From a virus (taxonomy: Duplodnaviria > Caudoviricetes), in the IMG/VR virus record IMGVR_UViG_3300030450_003652, positions 1-39,703 of that record: DNA of 39,703 bases; one strand, 5' to 3'. Shown here one piece after another: positions 38,188 to 39,703 of this stretch (position 1 is the first letter of the stretch; each line of letters opens with the position of its first letter). The notes under the pieces were generated by a model that was not told the origin of the DNA, did not search any database, and was given only the letters and a program-made list of their open reading frames with translations. Both the position numbers and the translations under genes were made by a program.

Positions 38188-38400
38188 TTAAAATATTAAT
38201 CCTATAAGAATTCCAACTATTGGTCCAACTATAGACCAAATTTCTAAAAATTTTATTCTACCTAACTCTTTTTGAGTAAAAACATTATCAGAGGTATCTA
38301 AAATAAGATTACCTGCTTTCTTTTTAGTTTCATTTAATTGGTTTTCTAAATCTTTAATTTTTTGTTTTGCATCTGCAAACGTAAATCTTTTTTTTGCCAT
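38188..38400 (-). CDS. Small C-terminally anchored membrane protein
   Basis: 70 aa; N-terminal coiled coil and C-terminal IWSIVGPIVGILIGLIF. Confidence 0.65.
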   Translation of the reverse strand: MAKKRFTFADAKQKIKDLENQLNETKKKAGNLILDTSDNVFTQKELGRIKFLEIWSIVGPIVGILIGLIF

Positions 38401-38420
38401 ATTTGTTTATTTATTATTAA

Positions 38421-39703
38421 TTACCCATCGCACGATAAACAATCAGGATTCATTGCATTAGCTGCAATATCACCTCTCAATACAGATTCAGTACGCATAT
38501 AATAAAGTGTTTTTATACCATGTTTCCATGCTTCTATATGTATTTGATTTATCCATCTCGGGGTTGCTTCAGCAGGAAATGCTAAGTTAAGACTAACAGA
38601 TTGATCTATATAGTCTTGCCTTATTCCAGCTTGATTAACCAATTCTAATTGATTAATTTCTTTAAATGTTTTAAAAACATTTTTTACAGGCTCTCCATTT
38701 TCATGATTCTTTGTTAATTTCCCTTTATCAAAAAACCATCCATCAAGTTCATTTATATCTTGAACAGATCCACCATCTTTTAAAATTTTATCCCAAATTT
38801 CTGAAGTATCTATTTTAAGCCTTCTTAAAATTTTTTGTAATTCTTTATTCTTTCTTATAAAAGTTCCTTTAGCTGTTTGTTCAGTAAATACATTTGCAGC
38901 CCAAGGTTCAATCCCTGGAGATATATTTCCACTTAATTTACTATTTGATACAGTGGGCGCTATCGCTCTTAAATGTGTATTTCGCATTCCAGTACCCGCA
39001 CACCATAAAGGTTCACCATATGTATCCGCAAGAGCCCTAGAAGCACGTTCTGTTTCTATTTTAATCTTAGAAAATATTTCTCTAGTCTTAAATTGAGCTA
39101 AAAGCCCTTCAAAAGCAATTCCATTTTTTTGTAACAAAGTATGCCAACCTACAACACCTAATCCTAATGCTCTTCCTTTTTCAGCTGATCTTACAGAATT
39201 TTCAAATCCAACTCTTCCTTTGGCTTTATGTATAAATTCAGATAATACTCCATCTAAAAACCAAATAGAGTCATAAACAAGATTAGTATTTTTCCATTCA
39301 TCATATTTATCCAGATTAACTGAAGATAAACAGCAAACAAAACTATGTGTTTCATCTGTATGTAAAACTATTTCGCTACAGATGTTTGTCATATGTACTT
39401 TTAAACTGTTCGACTTATAAGCTTTTGGATTAGCCTTGTTTGTATTTCCTTTAAAGAGGATATACGGCTCGCCAGTAGCTTTACGCTTTTGGAGGAGTTT
39501 TCCCCATTTTTTTCTTGCTTCGGGATTTCCTGCTTCAAGTTTTCGCATAAACTTGTCACCAACGACAGCACACTGATGTAAGTTAAGAGATTGTCTATTG
39601 ACGTCCCCTTTAGGTTCTCTGATTTCCAACCATTCATCGAAATCAGCGTGCTCGATGTTGATATTAACGGATGCAGCCCCTCTACGTACTGATCCTTGAT
39701 TGG
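38421..39703 (-). CDS. nrdA: Ribonucleoside-diphosphate reductase class I alpha subunit (5' truncated by window edge)
   Basis: Frame open to the edge (NQGSVRRGAASVN...DEWLEIREPKG); TNICSEI, CCLSS, RALGLG, APTVSNS, DQSVSLN, KTLYY, C-terminal CLSC. Confidence 0.93.
   Translation of the reverse strand, partial: NQGSVRRGAASVNINIEHADFDEWLEIREPKGDVNRQSLNLHQCAVVGDKFMRKLEAGNPEARKKWGKLLQKRKATGEPYILFKGNTNKANPKAYKSNSLKVHMTNICSEIVLHTDETHSFVCCLSSVNLDKYDEWKNTNLVYDSIWFLDGVLSEFIHKAKGRVGFENSVRSAEKGRALGLGVVGWHTLLQKNGIAFEGLLAQFKTREIFSKIKIETERASRALADTYGEPLWCAGTGMRNTHLRAIAPTVSNSKLSGNISPGIEPWAANVFTEQTAKGTFIRKNKELQKILRRLKIDTSEIWDKILKDGGSVQDINELDGWFFDKGKLTKNHENGEPVKNVFKTFKEINQLELVNQAGIRQDYIDQSVSLNLAFPAEATPRWINQIHIEAWKHGIKTLYYMRTESVLRGDIAANAMNPDCLSCDG
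39401..39703 (-). CDS. Candidate overprinted ORF (+1 frame of nrdA), possibly 5' truncated
   Basis: 101 codons including the stop, open to the window edge; GC-elevated span; hydrophobic stretch followed by a coiled-coil-like segment. Confidence 0.4.
   Translation of the reverse strand, partial: PIKDQYVEGLHPLISTSSTLISMNGWKSENLKGTSIDNLLTYISVLSLVTSLCENLKQEIPKQEKNGENSSKSVKLLASRISSLKEIQTRLIQKLISRTV

Noticed and set aside
38421-39629. ORF-track start of nrdA at 39629
   Set aside because: This is an internal TTG; the frame continues with conserved RNR sequence to the window edge.
1-39703. Stop-codon reassignment as in some crAss-like phages
   Set aside because: Genes are full length and tightly packed under the standard code; TAG (28633) and TGA (37405) end genes at sensible places; no suppressor tRNA seen.

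Overview
AT-rich dsDNA phage segment. Gene order, the very large portal and the A/T-rich starts without Shine-Dalgarno motifs suggest a short-tailed Bacteroidota (flavobacterial) phage related to crAss-like or phi38:1-like viruses (inference from recalled family features, not from a search). The + strand (1-38148) is one dense late/structural operon. It runs: Gly-rich and LamG/Ig tail fibres with small partner proteins, holin, amidase endolysin, GroES-like protein, small and large terminase, portal, scaffold, major capsid protein, ring/tail proteins and tail muzzle. It continues with a cupin, three probable ejected core proteins (the last 2717 aa, with HAD-phosphatase and zincin domains) and small membrane/secreted proteins. 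A bidirectional terminator separates this from a convergent - strand unit carrying a truncated class I ribonucleotide reductase alpha gene. The most striking unexplained signal is a set of ORFs overprinted in the +1 frame of essential genes, each coinciding with a local jump in GC. These are a 237-codon lipoprotein-like ORF and a second ORF inside terL, a 48-aa basic MPFK.. peptide inside the scaffold gene, and a frame of at least 100 codons inside nrdA. No tRNA, rRNA, CRISPR array, intron or mobile element was seen.
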